From contig OZ361260.1 in the NCBI GenBank assembly GCA_977018835.1, positions 4,092,001-4,156,000 of the forward strand: DNA of 64,000 nucleotides, given 5' to 3'. Under the pieces are notes generated by a model. The model had not been told where the DNA came from, made no database searches, and saw nothing but the letters and a program-made list of their open reading frames with translations. The position numbers and the translations under genes are program-made. Below, piece after piece: positions 61,201 through 64,000 of the stretch. The DNA comes from Minutocellus sp. GHC0000111 (taxonomy: Eukaryota). The first letter of the stretch is position 1. Each line of letters opens with the position of its first letter.

Positions 61201-61876
61201 TTTATTTGATATTTGATATGCTGGAGAGCCGTTTGACATGCTGGAGCGCGTCATTGAATCTGAAGCACTCCCCCTTTTAACATTAAAATTAAAAAGTCAA
61301 ATCCAAACTCGACGGCGGGGAGCACCTGCTTGTACCACTTAGTAGAACAGGACCATTTGGCGAGTGTTTTGGCGAGCCTGCCAGTCTTTTTGGCTGAAAC
61401 ACGATCTGCCTGCAACAGCCGTTCAAGTTGGTTGGCATCTCCTGTGTTTTGCAGATTTTTCTACAAAAAATAATACGAGAGAGAGCAGCAAGCAGCGCCA
61501 AAATCGACGGAAATAAGCGTGGAACATGTGTTTATTCGTCGACCTATAACATTGGAACAAAAAAACCCACACCCTCTTATTGCTACGTAGCTAGCTAGAT
61601 GGGCCGCGCCCACCCCCCAAGCGGTGACGACTGTCTGTCTTGGAGGGCACCCGGGCCCATTAGCGCGAAAAGAAAGTCATTTGATTCTCGCAAGTTTAGG
61701 GGGAAATTTGGGGGAAACAAATCCCCCATCCCTCATGCAGCACATCTTGTGCCTCTTTTCCTTCATTTCCTTCACCCTTCATTCAACTGTTGAAGCGGAT
61801 ACTGTTCCGCCAAGCAGAGATACGCGCGGAACGGGCAGAATACATTTGCCAGACACCACCCATCTCCACTCCAAAC

Positions 61877-62535
61877 ATGAAGTTTGTATCTGCTCTAATT
61901 GCCGCCGTCTCGGCCTCGTCGGTCATGGCATTTGCTCCGTCGTCGGTGAGGCACTTTTCCACCACCACGTCATCGTCAGTCAACTGCAGGCATCGTACCT
62001 CGATTCCCTCGGTCCCGACCCCATGGGCCCACCCGGCGACGGATACGGTCCGTCCGATCACTGGTCCACGGCCCGCAACGGCGGAGGATACCAGTACGCC
62101 AACCCGTACAGCTCGACGCAGCCGGGGTACGAGGCCACGGCCTACGGGCAGTGCGACAGTGATAATCATGGGTCCTCTTCGGAACTCCGTGCTCTGGAGG
62201 GCAACTATTACGACGCCCGTGGTCCCAATTTGGGGTATGACGACGATCTCAAGTTTGTCGGTGGACGGGGGGTCAATTCTCGACCCGTACGAGGATCGGC
62301 CACCGGTCGGACGTCGGGTTGGCGCGACGGTGTCGGTCCTCCGCCGGGCATGGATTATTATCCTGGGGAGCAGGATCGCACTCCCGGCAATTACCGGGAT
62401 GCCAGTACCAGTGCTCATAATTCGTGGTGGGACAACCCGGGTCAGACGTATCAGGTTGCCCGTGGTGCTCAGGGTAGTTTCCGAACTTATACCGATGTTC
62501 AGCGGGATCGCCATGGACCCCGTAGAAACTTCTAA
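61877..62535 (+). CDS. Plastid-targeted Gly/Tyr-rich protein; frameshift near 61978
   Basis: MKFVSALIAAVSASSVMAFAPS signal plus AFAP motif, then SYLDSL. Confidence 0.65.
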
Positions 62536-62835
62536 GTCAAGTGGTCGCCGGACTGACTTCACTTGCGGCATTGGAGTTGAGTGACGGAGTCATCTAATAA
62601 AATGAGGAATAAAATAGGGTTCATTTCTAGCGAAAAAAAAGTTTATGCACTTGCTTGTCGGAAGCAATACTGCATTGCATCTGATATTGTGATTGTTTCT
62701 ATTATTTTATTCTGATAAAATCCGGGAGACCGTTAATGAATGAGGTGCTCAGATGTAACTTCCCCAGCGTTTCTGTCACACGGGAGCACCGCAATATCAT
62801 ACCAGGAGACATTTCGCAGTACCTTCGTCCACTGC

Positions 62836-64000
<1,165 letters not shown>

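Overview
Gene-dense eukaryotic DNA with short GT-AG introns, most likely from a diatom or other ochrophyte (signal peptides ending in an AF plastid motif, DUF6824-type and helicase-associated domains). About 25 host genes are recognisable, including AMPK beta, PrmA, CHCHD2, DOLPP1, NASP-like, 1-Cys peroxiredoxin, a UBX protein, RBBP4, MYND proteins and a STAND NTPase. Several carry single-base deletions in short homopolymers, which look like assembly errors. Mobile DNA includes a two-ORF mariner-like element in a host 5' UTR (3532-7187), a defective Ty3/gypsy element (33686-42417) with a nested TIR element, and a triple-nested relic near 25.3-26.7 kb. A local duplication-inversion spans 30.1-45.5 kb. 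The strongest unexpected signal is that duplicated sequences differ mainly by TA versus CA/TG, and conserved tyrosines polarise this as TpA to CpA/TpG. That would be a repeat-targeted mutation (or base-modification) process running opposite to fungal RIP. Also notable is an intron-split HMA plus tandem metallothionein protein with a tail anchor (16355-17435). All alignments and counts were done by eye.
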